The position numbers and the translations under genes were made by a program. The notes under the pieces were generated by a model that was not told the DNA's origin, made no database searches, and worked only from the letters and a program-made list of their open reading frames with translations. DNA of 64,000 nt from Eledone cirrhosa. Taxonomy: Eukaryota. Where the stretch lies: NCBI GenBank assembly GCA_964016885.1, contig CAXHJY010001304.1:35397-99396 (forward strand), read 5' to 3'. Numbering within the stretch: the first letter of the stretch is position 1; every line of letters begins with the position of its first letter. Below are positions 12,898 to 25,789 of this stretch, piece by piece.

Positions 12898-15800
12898 ATG
12901 ATAAAATCTCATACCGGATCGGCCGTCACCCGGGTAAAAAAGGGCCGCGTCCCTCAGAGAGGAACCAGACCTGGGGTCGAAAAATCAGCTAATGGTTCAA
13001 ACCTTCCCATCACTTCGGAGCTGGAGACCTCCCATAACCGGAATACTCCTACTGTTGGCCCTCCAAGCTCACCACCAAGAAATCAAAAGAAAAAGAGAGA
13101 AAAATGGTCAAGGGAAGATAATAAAGAAGTTCTTGAGGCTTTCTACACTGCCATGTACTACCCATCAAATACATCGAATACAGAACAGACATATATCAAC
13201 TGGAAAAAGAAACATCCCGAAAACAGAGGCTATATTGACAGTAACAAACTAGCCAATATACGAAGAAATATTGTAAGAAAAAAGTTACTAACTGATATAG
13301 AAATTGATCAGATCAAGCTATTAGCACAAAGTCAGCGAAGGGAAAATGAAACATGTGTCAGTGAAAACGAGGTAAACTGTAACACTTCGAATCCCAGGGT
13401 TGGGGCGGAATCACTGGCAACAGAACAAATTAAAGAAAGGATCGAAAAAGTGGGGGGAGTGCATGCTCAGGATGAAACTCCAAATGAAAATAATGAGATC
13501 GTAAATGATAAAGAAATGAATGAGAATGAACTTGCCAACTTGAAGGATGAAATTATGATCGAATGGATGAAAATGAATGAATCTGACATGGGGCAACGAG
13601 ACACCCTCCCTAAGATCCAAAACTCCAAACAGAACCAAAAGATAATACACAAGACTAACATAATTCTCAAAAACATTATCATCACAAACAAACTAAACAT
13701 TACTGATTTAAATCATCTCTATTATGCATCGGCTAAAGTCACCACTCACTTATGTGGAGTGAAGATGAAAAAACAAAGGAATTCCCACAAGAAATCTACT
13801 TGGCAAGAGAACATCAATCGCCAAATAAACCTTCTCCGATCTGACATAGAAATTTTAACAAACTATAAAGTAGGTGAACATGTTAAACAAACTAAACTTA
13901 GAAAATTGAAAAAAAAGTACAGTATAAAATCAACATGTGACATAGACATGCTGATAGAAATAATCAAGCAAAAAGTGTCGGCCAAAGCTGCTCGTATAAG
14001 GCGCTTTGAAAAACGATCTAGATTCTATAAGGACAATAATATGTTCAAAAACAATCAAAGAAACTTCTACAGAAAAATTGGTAAGTCAACAATAACTGCT
14101 AAATCTATACCACCCAAGGAGGAAGTGCAAGAATTCTGGGAAAAGATCTGGGCCGAAGAAAAAGTTAATAACATACATGCCCCATGGATAGACAGACAAA
14201 TGAAAGATACAGCTCACCTTGAGGAACAAATATGGGAAAATATAACAGTTGAACAGTTGCGCTTGGCTCTAAGAAAAACCAGCAAATGGAAATCCCCAGG
14301 AAAAGACAAAATACAAAACTTTTGGATAAATGCCTTCACAGAGTCTCATGAGCTGTTAGCCCAACTTTACAATGAAATAGTTAAGGAGCCAGAAAAGATA
14401 CCATCATGGCTAGTTAACGGCATTACATTCCTGCTTCCGAAGAATGATGAGACAAACAATCCCAAAAATTACAGACCGATAACTTGCTTGACCACAATGT
14501 ATAAAATTTTAACATCAGTCCTAACTGAATACACATATGACCACCTGATAACAAATGACCTATTTCCCATTGAGCAGAAAGGGTGTAAACGAGGCTCATA
14601 TGGCTGTAAGGATCAGCTTCTGGTTAACAAAATAATACTGGAAGATTGTCATAATAGACACAAAAATCTATCGATTGCTTGGATAGATTATAAAAAAGCA
14701 TTCGATAGTTTGCCACACAGTTGGATTGAAAAGTGTTTAGAGATTTTCAAAATATCCCCCGTTGTCAGGAGGTTTTTGTCATTCAGTATGAAGACATGGA
14801 AAACGACACTCCTTTTGAATAGTGAAACAAAATCACTGGAAGCTGGAGAAGTTAATATTAATTGTGGAATTTTTCAGGGTGACTCTTTATCACCGCTTTT
14901 ATTCTGCATCGCACTTATACCATTAAGTAAAATGCTCAATGAAACAAAACATGGATATAAAGTCTATGACAAAACCATTAATCACCTGTTCTACATGGAT
15001 GACCTGAAACTATTTGCAAAAAATGATGAACAATTGCAAGGGCTATTATCCACTGTGGAGCAGTTCAGTGATGACATTAAAATGGAGTTTGGACTAGATA
15101 AATGCGCCAAAGCAACGTTCACCAGAGGAAAGCTGCTGAAGAGTTCAGACATTAATCTTGATCGGGGGAACGTGATAAGAGAACTTGATCAAGAAAAAAC
15201 TTACAAATATCTAGGTGTTTGTGAAGGAGACGGAATGAAGCACTCGACAATGAGGGAAAGGATAAGGAAGGAATGTTACCGCAGAGTAAGAGCAATCTTA
15301 AGAACGGAATTGAATGCAAGGAATAGGATCGATGCCATAAACACGCTTGCTATACCAGTAGTAACCTACAGTTACAATGTCATCAACTGGTCAAGCACAG
15401 AGATCCGTAGGCTCGATACAAAAATTCGAAAATTCTTAACCATGCACAGAATGCATCACCCTAAGGCAGATATAGATAGAATATATCTCCCCAGGAAAGA
15501 AGGAGGACGTGGGTTAATCCAGTTAGACATTGCGTTGAAAACTGCAACAATTGGATTATCTACATATCTAAGGGAATCACATGATTGGATGATCAAACTC
15601 GTTTTGAAACACGAAAGCATCAAAAGATCATATTCCATTACAAAAGATGCACAAAGATACAGTAATGGACTACAAATTTCAGAAGTCCCATTTACTGCTG
15701 AAATGGAAAACACAGAAAAAGCAAAGCAGGTAAAAGTAACTGCAAAGAAAGAACTGCTACAGAAACTGGCTAAGAAATGGCAAGAAAAGCCTCTGTATAG

Positions 15801-16542
15801 AAAATACCCAGAGCGAGCTAACAATCCTGATGTTGACAAAACTTTAACCCATCAGTGGTTGGCATCCTCTGGACTGAAATCGGAGACTGAAGGACTGATT
15901 ATATCAGCACAAGATCAGTGTCTGCCAACAAAAAATTACCAAGCCAACATAATAAAAAATGGGTGCAGCCCATTATGCCGTGTATGCAAAAAATAACCAG
16001 AGACCATTGACCATATAATTTCAATGTGCAGTCCTATAGCTCCAACCGAATACCTAAACAGGCATGACAGAGCTGCACAATACATACATTGGATAATGTG
16101 TAAGCATTTTGACCTGCCCCATCAAAAGAATTGGTGGGAGCATCAACCACCTCCCATACTTGAAAAAGATCACATCTCAATCTTGTGGAACTTTAGCATC
16201 CAAACAGACCAAAAAATAGATGCAAATAGACCTGATATAATATTGAAGGACTTTCAAAAGCGGGTATGCCTGCTAATTGATATGTCTGTTCCAATAGACA
16301 AGAATGTATCTATAAAAACATTTGAAAAATTGAGCAAGTATAAGGACCTGGAGATAGAAATTGGAAAAATGTGGAAATTGAGAACTAAAACAATACCAGT
16401 GGTTGTAGGCGCTCTGGGAATGATACCTAAGGGGTCTAATGATTACTTATCGCAAATCCCAGGAAACCCGCATATAGGAGAAATACAAAAGATAGTACTA
16501 ATGGGAACTGCCCATATACTAAGGAAGATTCTGTCAATATAA
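12898..16542 (+). pseudogene. R4/Dong ORF (RT + CCHC + RLE), about 1214 codons with one in-frame stop at 15994-15996
   Basis: WKSPGKD, NYRPITCL, DYKKAFDS, GIFQGDSLSP, YMDD; CRVCKK*PETIDHIISMC; RHD, NRPDI, LIDMSVP, KLSKY. ORFs 12898 and 16024 are in the same frame. Confidence 0.92.
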
Positions 16543-16710
16543 GTACATCCCAAGTCTAAACACTAAAGATGCATGTGTGAATATGTATGTTCTTTCTTGA
16601 ACATGGCGGACCTTGTTGTCTCTTGAGGTCACTGGTTGTGACTTGGTGATAACTCATATGAACATAAAGCAAGATAAATGCAACTGTAATAATAATAATA
16701 ATAATAATAA

Positions 16711-19700
16711 TTCACCAATCCTCGATAAGAGTGTTTCAATGTCGAACCTAAACAGTTCGAATAACGGTGAAGTGGAGACTGGAATGTCATGTGACAGACT
16801 CTCACCCAGCAGGTGCTCCCTGGCTCAGCAGCAGGCTGTCAACCAAATACTGCTGGTGTCGGAGGAAGAAGAAGGAAAGGGACCAGAACCAACTGGACGA
16901 AAGAATTGAATAGAACTGTTATGAAATGTTACCTGAAGAGTAACCCCAAGGAAAAAGGCTATAGGAAACGGATGCATAACATCTGGAACGAGATTGGTCT
17001 ATTTAAATTAGATGAACAAAATTTGGCTGGGCAGGCTCGGGTAATAAGAACTAATGGGTGGATAAGCGAGCTGAAACTGGAGGAACTGAGCAGAGAGATT
17101 AGGTTGGAAATGGAGAGTGGAGTATGCCAGGCAAATGAGCCAATTGGAAATGAAGGTGAAGATGTTGAGAGAACGGAGGAACCATCCGAAGCAGACAATG
17201 ATCTGAATGCTGAAATAAATAATACCTGGAACAAAGATACGGCCATTGAGGAGATGAATGCTGACGGGCTAGGACAAGATTTGGTTGATATCCTAAACTT
17301 AGTGGTAGATGAAATGAACAATGATAGTGGGAAACCTATGAACCTAAGATTTGTAGACAGGAAAAAGTTAAAAGAAACAACAGCTAAGGTAAACAAAGTC
17401 ATCCCATACCTTGAGGCGAGGAGCCTTCACCAGTGCAACAATATCCTCAAAGCAACACAAATGCGGTGAGGAAATTACTTGGCATAAAAGCGAGAGGAAA
17501 CAACAAACAAGAAAGATCAGAACCTTGGTGGAAGAAACGACTGAATGGTCAAATCAGGGAAATGAGAAATGACATTGGAAAGCTTGAGTCCCTACTGAAT
17601 GGGACACTAAAAAACATAGACACTAAAAATAGACTGGAAATAAAGTACAAAACTAGGAGGAAAAGGCTAAATATTATCATAGAGGAACTGAAGCAATGCA
17701 TTGTAGCAAAGAGTGTAAAAATTAGGCGATACAAGAGCAGAGTCAGTCAGTATAGACAGAACCGCATGTTTGACAACAACCAGAAGATGTTGTTTGGACA
17801 GCTTGAAGGGAAAGAAAGAGGCAACAACTTGATCCCTGAGGCGGAACAAACTAAGATATTCTGGAGAAGAATATGGGAGCAGGATGTTAAACATAATGAC
17901 CAGGCAGTGTGGATTGAGACAGTACAAAAGGAGATTAGTGAACAGGCACACCAACAAACTGATTTGAGTATCACAGTTGAAACTCTCAAGGGGCAGGCCA
18001 AAAAACTAACCAACTGGAAATCACCAGGCCCTGATGGTGTGCAGGGGTATTGGATTAAAAATGTAACATCCCTCCACCCGAAACTGACAACCATGTTTAA
18101 TGACTGCTTGATGTCAGGTGAGGTACCAGAGTGGTTGACAAAAGGTTCCACAGTTCTGGTACTGAAAGACCGAATCAAGGGTAATGATGTTACCAACTAT
18201 AGACCTATCACATGTCTGTCCGTAATGTGGAAACTGTTGACAAGCATTGTGTCTGAGGAAATCTACCATCACCTCCACACAAACAACTTGTTACCGGACG
18301 AACAGAAAGGATGCCGAAAGAAGTCCTGTGGTACAAAGGACCAGTTACTTATTGATAAGATGGTAATGAGGAATTGCAAGAGGAGACACACTGGTCTTGC
18401 CATGGGATGGATAGACTACAAAAAGGCATTTGACATGGTACCTCATTCTTGGATCACCAAAAGCCGAGAAATCTTCAAGGTAGCAGATAACATCAGACAG
18501 TGGTTGAGCAAAAGTATGAAGTCCTGGGAAACAGAGTTAACATCGGGTGGGGAATCCTTGGGAGGCGTGAATATCAAGAGAGGTATCTTCCAGGGAGATA
18601 GTTTGTCCCCTCTGCTGTTTGTCCTTGCCCTGATACCCTTCACCGTTATATTGCGAAAAGTGAGAGCAGGATACAAGTTGGGAAAAGGAGAGCTTACCAT
18701 CAACCACCACCTCTTCATGGACGATCTTAAACTCTTTGGGAAGAGTGAGAAGGAGTTGGATGTGCTTGTTGACACTGTCTGTATTTTCAGCAATGATATA
18801 TGTATGGAATTTGGTATTAATAAGTATGGAGTCCTAGTGATGAAGAGAGGTAAATTGAGCAGAAGCAATGGAATCCAGCTACCAACAGGTGAGATGATAA
18901 AGGAAATTGACACTGAAGAGGGATACAAATATTTAGGTGTTCTGGAGGCAGATGACATCAAGAACAAAAAAAGGAAGGAATTGATAAGATCTGAGTACAT
19001 AAGGAGAGTAAGGAGAATATTAAAATCACATCTAAATAGTAGGAATGTCATAGGTGCAGTAAATTCCCGAGCTGTGTCTATTATTAGGTACAGTGCAGGA
19101 ATTCTGAAATGGAATGTTGCTGAACAAAAAGAAATGGATAGAAAGACTAAGAAGCTATTGGCTATCTACAACATGTTCCACAAGAGGAATGATGTCGATA
19201 GACTCTACTTAAAGAAATCTGAAGGTGGAAGAGGTCTTATCAGCATAGAGGACTGTGTTCAGATGGAGCAAAACAGCCTGCACAAATATGTGACTGACAG
19301 TAGGGAGCCAATGCTCAAAATTGTAATTGTACTGAAGAAGACAATAGACCAGGGGATGTCCAAGGAGGAAGAACAACCTTCATGAAAAATCCCTTCATAG
19401 TACCTTCTTTAAGAAAACTGAATTTAGAGATCCACAGACATGGAACTGGTTAAAAAGAAGAGACCTTAAAAAAGCTACAGAAGGAATGCTAATGGCTGTG
19501 CAAGAGCAAGCCCTCAGAACGAAGTGGGTGAAACACAATATTGACAAGGAGGAGGCTAGCTCACTGTGTAGGATCTGTGGAGAGAGAGAGGAGACTGTGG
19601 CTCACATTGTATCCGAGTGTAAACACCTAGCACAGACTCACTATAAAGGCTGGAGACATGATGTGATAGGTAGGGTGATCCACTGGCATCTATGCAAAGT

Positions 19701-20217
19701 AAACAATTTACCACATTCGGAGAAGTGGTATGAGCATAAGCCAGAGTTGGTGATAGAAAACGATCAGGTGAAGGTGCTATGGGATTTTAGGATACAGACG
19801 GACAAGAAATTAGAACACAATAGGCCTGATCTGGTGGTTTTGGACAAGGAAAAAAGGTGCCGGATTGTAGATGTAGCCTGCCCATTTGACACGAGAGTGC
19901 AAGAAAAGGAGAGGAAGAAAATTAACCGATACCAGGATTTAAAGTGGGAGTTAAAAAGGATTTGGAACTATCATGAAATCAAGGTCGTCCCGATTGTCAT
20001 AGGCGCACTAGGTACTATCTTAAAGAGTTTCCAAGGATGGTTAAAGAAGATTAGTCCAGCCCCACTTTTTGGAACATTTCAAAAGCCATGCTTGCTGGGA
20101 ACAGCAATAACCCTCCAATACGTCCTGAATATCTGAGGCTGCAGGTAGCGACTTGATATTCATTTTAACAAACTTTCCAGTTAAATAACATCAAAGAACA
20201 ATAATAATAATAATAAT
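16711..20217 (+). mobile_element. R4/Dong element, copy 2 (different family, frameshifted)
   Basis: ATG at about 16739; WTKELN, WKSPGPDG, GIFQGDSLSP, FMDD, CRICGEREETVAHIVSEC, RHD, NRPDL. Tail (AAT)6 at 20200-20217. Confidence 0.92.
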
Positions 20218-21420
20218 TAAAATCACATCTGAATAGTAGAAATGCTATAATTTCAGTAAATTCCTTAGCTGTGTCTATTACTAGGTACAGTGTGAGAATT
20301 CTTAAATGGAATGTAAACGAGTAAAAAGGATTGGATAGAAAGACAAGGAAATTAATGACTACCTACAATATGTTTAATAAAAAGGGCAATGTTGATAGAC
20401 TGTACTTAAAGAGATTTGAAGGTGGGAGAAGTCTTATCAGGAGTGGAGGACTGTGTTCAGAGGGAGAAGAGCTGTTCACACAAATATATGTCTGGGAGTA
20501 ATGAGTCAATGCTTAGGGCTGTATTGAAGGAGCAGACAATAGACCAGGGGATGTCCAAAAGAGAAGTAACAGCAGAATGACATGAATGAAAAAGCCCTTC
20601 AGAGCATCTTCTTGTAGAAAACAGAATTCAGGAATCTCAGACATGGGACTGGTTAAGAAAAGGGGACCTTAAGAAAGCTACAGAGGGAATGCAACTAATT
20701 GCACAGGAGCAAGCTTTTAGAATGAAGTGGATGAAACATCATATTGATAAGGAGGAGGCTAGCCCACTCTGTAGGATCTGTGGAGAGGGAGAAGAAACTG
20801 TAGCTCATATTGCATCTAAGTGTAAACACCTAGCCCAGACTCACTATAAAAGAAGGAGGCATGATATCATAGGAAAAGTGATCCACTGGCATTTATGCAA
20901 ACTGAATAATTTACTTCATTCAATGAAGTGGTATGAGCATAAGCAAGAGTCAGTGATAGAAAATGATCGGGTGATAGTACTGAGGGATTTCAGAATACAA
21001 ACAGATAAAGAATTAGAACACAATAGGCTTGATCTGGTGGTTTTTGACAAGGAAAAAAGATCTTGCTTGATTATAGATGTAGCTTGCCTCTTTAACACAA
21101 TAAAAGGAGAAGAAGGAAATTAACTGGTACCAGGATCTAAAGTGGAAACTGAAAAAGCTTTGGGACTGTCATGAGATCAAGGTTGTCCCCATTGTCACAG
21201 GAGAACTAGGTACTATATTGAAGAGTTTCCAAGGCAGGTTAAAGAACAATAGTCCAACCCCCTTTTTGGGAACAATGCCTACTGGGAACAGCAAGGACAC
21301 TCCAATACATCCTCAATATCTGGGGCTGCATGTAGCAGCTTGTTCATTTGGGCAAATTTTCCAGTTAAATAACATTAACGACTGGGATATCAAATTCATA
21401 ATATAATAACAATAATAATA
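20218..21420 (+). mobile_element. R4/Dong element, copy 3 (5'-truncated, same family as copy 2)
   Basis: Aligns by eye to copy 2 from about 19021 (taaaatcacatct) to its 3' end; (TAA)n-type tail at 21398-21420. Confidence 0.9.
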
Positions 21421-21799
21421 AATTTAATTAGAGTCAACAAAAATCTTTCCAAAGGAATTCATCAAATTGAAGCAATAATTCTGGTTATTGTGGAAGGAAA
21501 CATATTATTGAAAGATGCCCTGCTTTCAAATTAAACTGTCATAATTGTGGAAAAATTGGATATTTCATAAAGTTTGTCAATGTGAGGTTGTTCATAATTT
21601 AAGTATAGAGCAAACTGAAAGGCATATTGACATAGGGAGTGATGGCAATTACAATGCAATTCTATTATCTGGAAATCAATGAAGAAATGGTGTTAAGATA
21701 AGCTGTGAACTAAATTGAATATCTGGAGATATGCAAACTGAATCTAGTGCCACTTGTTTTATTTTGTCAGAAAATATTGTTGTCTCCTTGAGATCACCA

Positions 21800-22262
21800 A
21801 TTAATCCTTTTGATACCAACCTGCTCAAAGTTACCTTTGGTTCTATGAAACAAAACAACCTGTTTTAAAAGGTTTTTATTTAAATAAAAATCTTCCAGCA
21901 TGATTTGGCATAAGAACCTTTTGTTAAATTATATTATAAATACCATCTTCATAAATGTTTCTGATTTAGGCACAAGGTCAACAATTTAGCGGGAAGAGGA
22001 AATTCAATTATATCAACCTCAGTATTTTACTGGTATTTCATTTTATTGACCTCAGAAGCATGAAAGGCAAAGTTGACCTCATCGTTGAGATTTGAACACA
22101 GAATGTAGAAAGTCATAAGTAAATACTGCAAAGCATTTTGTCCAACTCTCTACTGATACTGCAAATCCACCACTCTCATACCATCTTGATAATAAAATAA
22201 TTAATTATTTTGGTAAATCCCACCAAATTCTTCATCGATAAATTCAAATAGAGTATTTTAAA
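21800..22262 (+). mobile_element. piggyBac-type MITE (family B) interrupted by a SINE
   Basis: Starts ttaatccttttgatacc; similar to the 22530-22770 copy. Confidence 0.55.
21954..22177 (-). mobile_element. SINE copy with an approximately 15-bp TSD
   Basis: Flanked by ataccatcttcataa / ataccatcttgataa. Confidence 0.8.
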
Positions 22263-22529
22263 TATTATGAATATGACAACGAAAGACAACGACTTAAGTC
22301 TTCATCACATTACCTTATTACATTTAATGGTTTAGAATTACTGACTATTAGCGAAATACACCATGTTATCTGTCATAACAATAATTCTCATTTTGATCAG
22401 ATTGTAGTTGTTAAAAGTCTCCATAACTTTGGATTGATTGTGATCTACTTGATAGTGGTGTGTTATCTTTTTGTTTTAATTTATATGAAAGTCTAAAGTC
22501 AGTTAGTAATTTCAGAACTGCAATTGTTT

Positions 22530-22770
22530 TCACCCTTTTGATACTAGCTGGCCAAAATCATTTCTTGTTCATTGAAACAAAACCACCCACTTTAAAGGGC
22601 TCCTATTTAAAATAAAATCTTGCAACATAATTTAAAATTTTTGTTATTATATATTTGTTAAATTACTATCTTAATAACAAAATAATACTTTCAGTGAATC
22701 CCTCAAAATTGTTTATCAATTAATTGAAATTAAGTGTATTACATTAGAAATGTAGGCATGAAAGGGTTAA
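22530..22770 (+). mobile_element. piggyBac-type MITE (family B)
   Basis: Runs cccttttgatact...atgaaagggTTAA. Confidence 0.6.
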
Positions 22771-23267
22771 TCCCTTCAACTAAAGATAAAATTCGTCCTG
22801 TTAGGCCAGAGCTTATTCAATTGAAAAACAAAGTTAATAAAGAGTTTATAAGATTACAACAGATGGGAATAATTATCCCATGAAGTTTTTAATAATCCAT
22901 CAATCATAGTCTCGGTGTGAAAAAAATATGGCAGCTTATGTATGTGCATAGATTTAGAGCTGCACAAAATTAGATTTAGAACTACACAAGCAGAAGTCAA
23001 GGGTGTGTTGAAATAATCACTGGAGCTTCTGTTGAAAGGAATATGCAATGGATTCAGAAGGAGGGGAGCTGAACAAAGTAAAATCTCCACCCTATTAAAG
23101 AATTAACTAACATCCAAACTTGTATTCCAACCATTTCATAAAGATGAGCCTGTAATTCTAGGAGTTGATACCTCACAGTATTCTGCTGCTAGAATAATGT
23201 ATCAGAAGAAACATCCTGTTGTTTACAGAAGTCATAATCTCACTGAATAGGAATGCAATTGGTTTAA

Positions 23268-23485
23268 CCCTTTAGCATTTACATGACTCTATATATACTA
23301 TTATATTTTCACCTACGCTTTACCTCACATAATTATCTCACATAATATCGAATCTATGAGATTTTGATGTTATATATTTTGAGAACAATACCTCAACATC
23401 AGTATGAGCAGCTGGTTATAGCCGGTTTGAACAGAAAGAGGTTAGAGAATTCTGGCTGGATACAGCCGGTTTAAATGCTAAAGGG
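23268..23485. mobile_element. piggyBac-type MITE (family A), TTAA TSD
   Basis: TTAA|CCCTTTAGCATTTA ... TAAATGCTAAAGGG|TTAA; inserted in the Gypsy RNase H region. Confidence 0.9.
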
Positions 23486-23694
23486 TTAATACAGAAAGAG
23501 AAACATATGTACATTGGATTGGGTGTTCATAGACTCAGGCACTTTCTTTTTGGAACTAATCATAAACCTTTGAAGTACTAATGCTCTGGTGGTTTGTTCT
23601 TGAACCTCTCAAAGAATAGTTAGATGAGGTATTGTCCTTTGTAACGATTTGACATTTATCCATTGTCCTTGTTACAATTTGATTTTATCATTAG

Positions 23695-23810
23695 TTGGCA
23701 GTATTGGTAGAGGTTTGGACGCCATGCTTTGCAGCAAAGAGTTACGGCCCTTTGTGGTCTGAGTTCAAATCCCGCCGAGGTTAACTTTGCCTTTCATCCT
23801 TATGAGGATT
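23695..23810 (+). mobile_element. SINE copy, 3'-truncated
   Basis: tggcagtattggtagag...gagttcaaatcccgccgaggttaactttgcctttcatcc. Confidence 0.8.
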
Positions 23811-24749
23811 TACTACGAATACTGATGATGAACATAATGAACTGGATAATGAGATTGAAATGGATTAAGAATGTCCAAATGTTGCAATTATTTCTCATTT
23901 GAAAAATTATTGTGGTTTGGAAAACAGGGAAACTTGTGGGCTGTGCAAGAGATGAAGACATACTACACATTTCAAATGATAGTCTTCCACAAGTGTTACT
24001 GAGTAAAAGGTAGTCTGCTTGTAGAATAGATTATTTTCTCCAAGCTGCAGTGCAGCTATGGGTGAAGAACTTGGCAAACATAGAACTGTACATGAGATGT
24101 AGAGAAACATGCCTAAAAAGATGATTTTATTCACTTGCCTAGCTGTTCTACAAAGAATAGTTAGCATAGAACTGGTAGAACCCCAGCTAGTCAACTGTGC
24201 TAAAGGGAAGTGTGGAAGCTCTGCGTAGTTGTGAGGTGGGTAGACAAAATAAGTTACTGATCAGACAACTCAACAGATGCAGAAATGGTGATGGTTTAGT
24301 AGAAGCTGGAAACAGGATTAAGAATATTTAGAGTGTTTGTGCATCAATCAGTGATGTATATGTCCTCAATACAGAATGAGATATGACTAAAGTATTCATC
24401 AACAGCCTCATCATCATCATCGTTTAATGTCCATCTTTCATGCTAGCATGGGTATTGTTAGTAGTTAAAGAAGTTTGGAGAAGGGTAAAAAAAACAAGTG
24501 TTCAGATAAGTGGAGGAAGAAGGCTTGAACCGCAACATTTTGATGTTTTTGTAGCTGATACAAAATTAAGAGAAGTGAGAGAAAGGGAGAGTGGAATCTG
24601 CATATGCACAGATACTGATACCAACTCTCAGAATGAATTTTGAATAGAGAGTGTTGCCTGGACAACAGAGATGGACTATAGATCAGGGGTGAGAAATTTG
24701 TTTGTCAGAGAAGAATAGAATATGTGCTTTACACGTTAATAAGATGTAA

Positions 24750-25745
24750 CATCTAGGGCCTTGGTTGGATCAAAGTTCAGGGATGATGAAACAATTTATT
24801 AAATTTGCTGATTTATCTTCTGCAGGTTTGCTAGTTATGCAATGCTGGCTCTCTATGATTCATCTTCAGCAGTACACACTCTTATCACTTGTCATGATCC
24901 CTTTTTATCTGATATATACACTAGAAAAATGCCAATTTTTGTTGTGTATGTCATGCATTAAAAATTTCTTTTTTTTGCAGGTTTTTTATGGAGAAATGCA
25001 TTTCTTATGATCAGTATAGGTCAGATGACTTTTTTCCTTTGCTGCAGAACACGAGTTACCTGCCAAGACTAAAAAGTGCCATCTATTTTGCATTAGTTTT
25101 TATGCAGCTGCTTGCAGAATATACATCACTGCCATTTCTTCCTTTTGGAGGATGGTTTTTGCAACTGAACGCTCTTCCTATTGTCAACCATTTTCCAACA
25201 TGGATGAAGAGTGTTTTGTTGTCACTACCACAAAAGAATCTCTGGTGCTCTGTATCAGAGTTATTGCCCTTCTAGATGGGTTGCTTTCATGACAACTTAT
25301 GTATTCCATGTCTCCTCTGTTTCTCTGATTATGATTAAGTATTTAACCCTTTAGCATTTAAACCGGCCATATCCATCTGGAATTCTCTCATCTCTTTCTG
25401 TTCAAACTGGCCATAACTGGCTGCTCATGCTTATGTTAAGGTATTGTTCTCAAAATAAATAATATGAAAATCTCATAGATTCGATATTATGTGAGACAAT
25501 TATGTGAGGTAAAGACTTTATCATGAAAATATAATAGTAAATATAGAGTAATATAAATGCTAAAGGGTTAAATACAGCTCCTCTTCTGATATTAGTAACA
25601 AATCCAATATTTTTATTGACCAAAATTTTGCCATTTTCTTGGTTTTATTGATCAAATGATGCAATGATGTACACTATATTTCTGTTGACCCAATTTTACA
25701 AATATACTTATTCACGTTCTTAATTCATATATTCTCAATGTATGA

Positions 25746-25789
<44 letters not shown>

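Larger units (their letters stand above)
12737..16710 (+). mobile_element. Near-intact R4/Dong-clade non-LTR retrotransposon, copy 1
   Basis: Single long ORF with RT and a C-terminal restriction-like endonuclease; short 3' UTR ending in (TAA)8 at 16687-16710. Confidence 0.93.
21421..24330 (+). mobile_element. Ty3/Gypsy remnant continued (gag zinc knuckle, RT/RNase H, possible integrase), interrupted by MITEs and SINEs
   Basis: CGRKHIIERCPAFKLNCHNCGKIG at about 21490-21560; PFHKDEPVILGVDTS...HPVVYRSHNLTE at about 23130-23250; GVHRLRHFLFG..TNHKPL at about 23520-23572. Confidence 0.7.

Noticed and set aside
7558-19051. Antisense ORFs overlapping the LINE ORFs
   Set aside because: Shadow frames of RT-coding sequence with no independent motifs.
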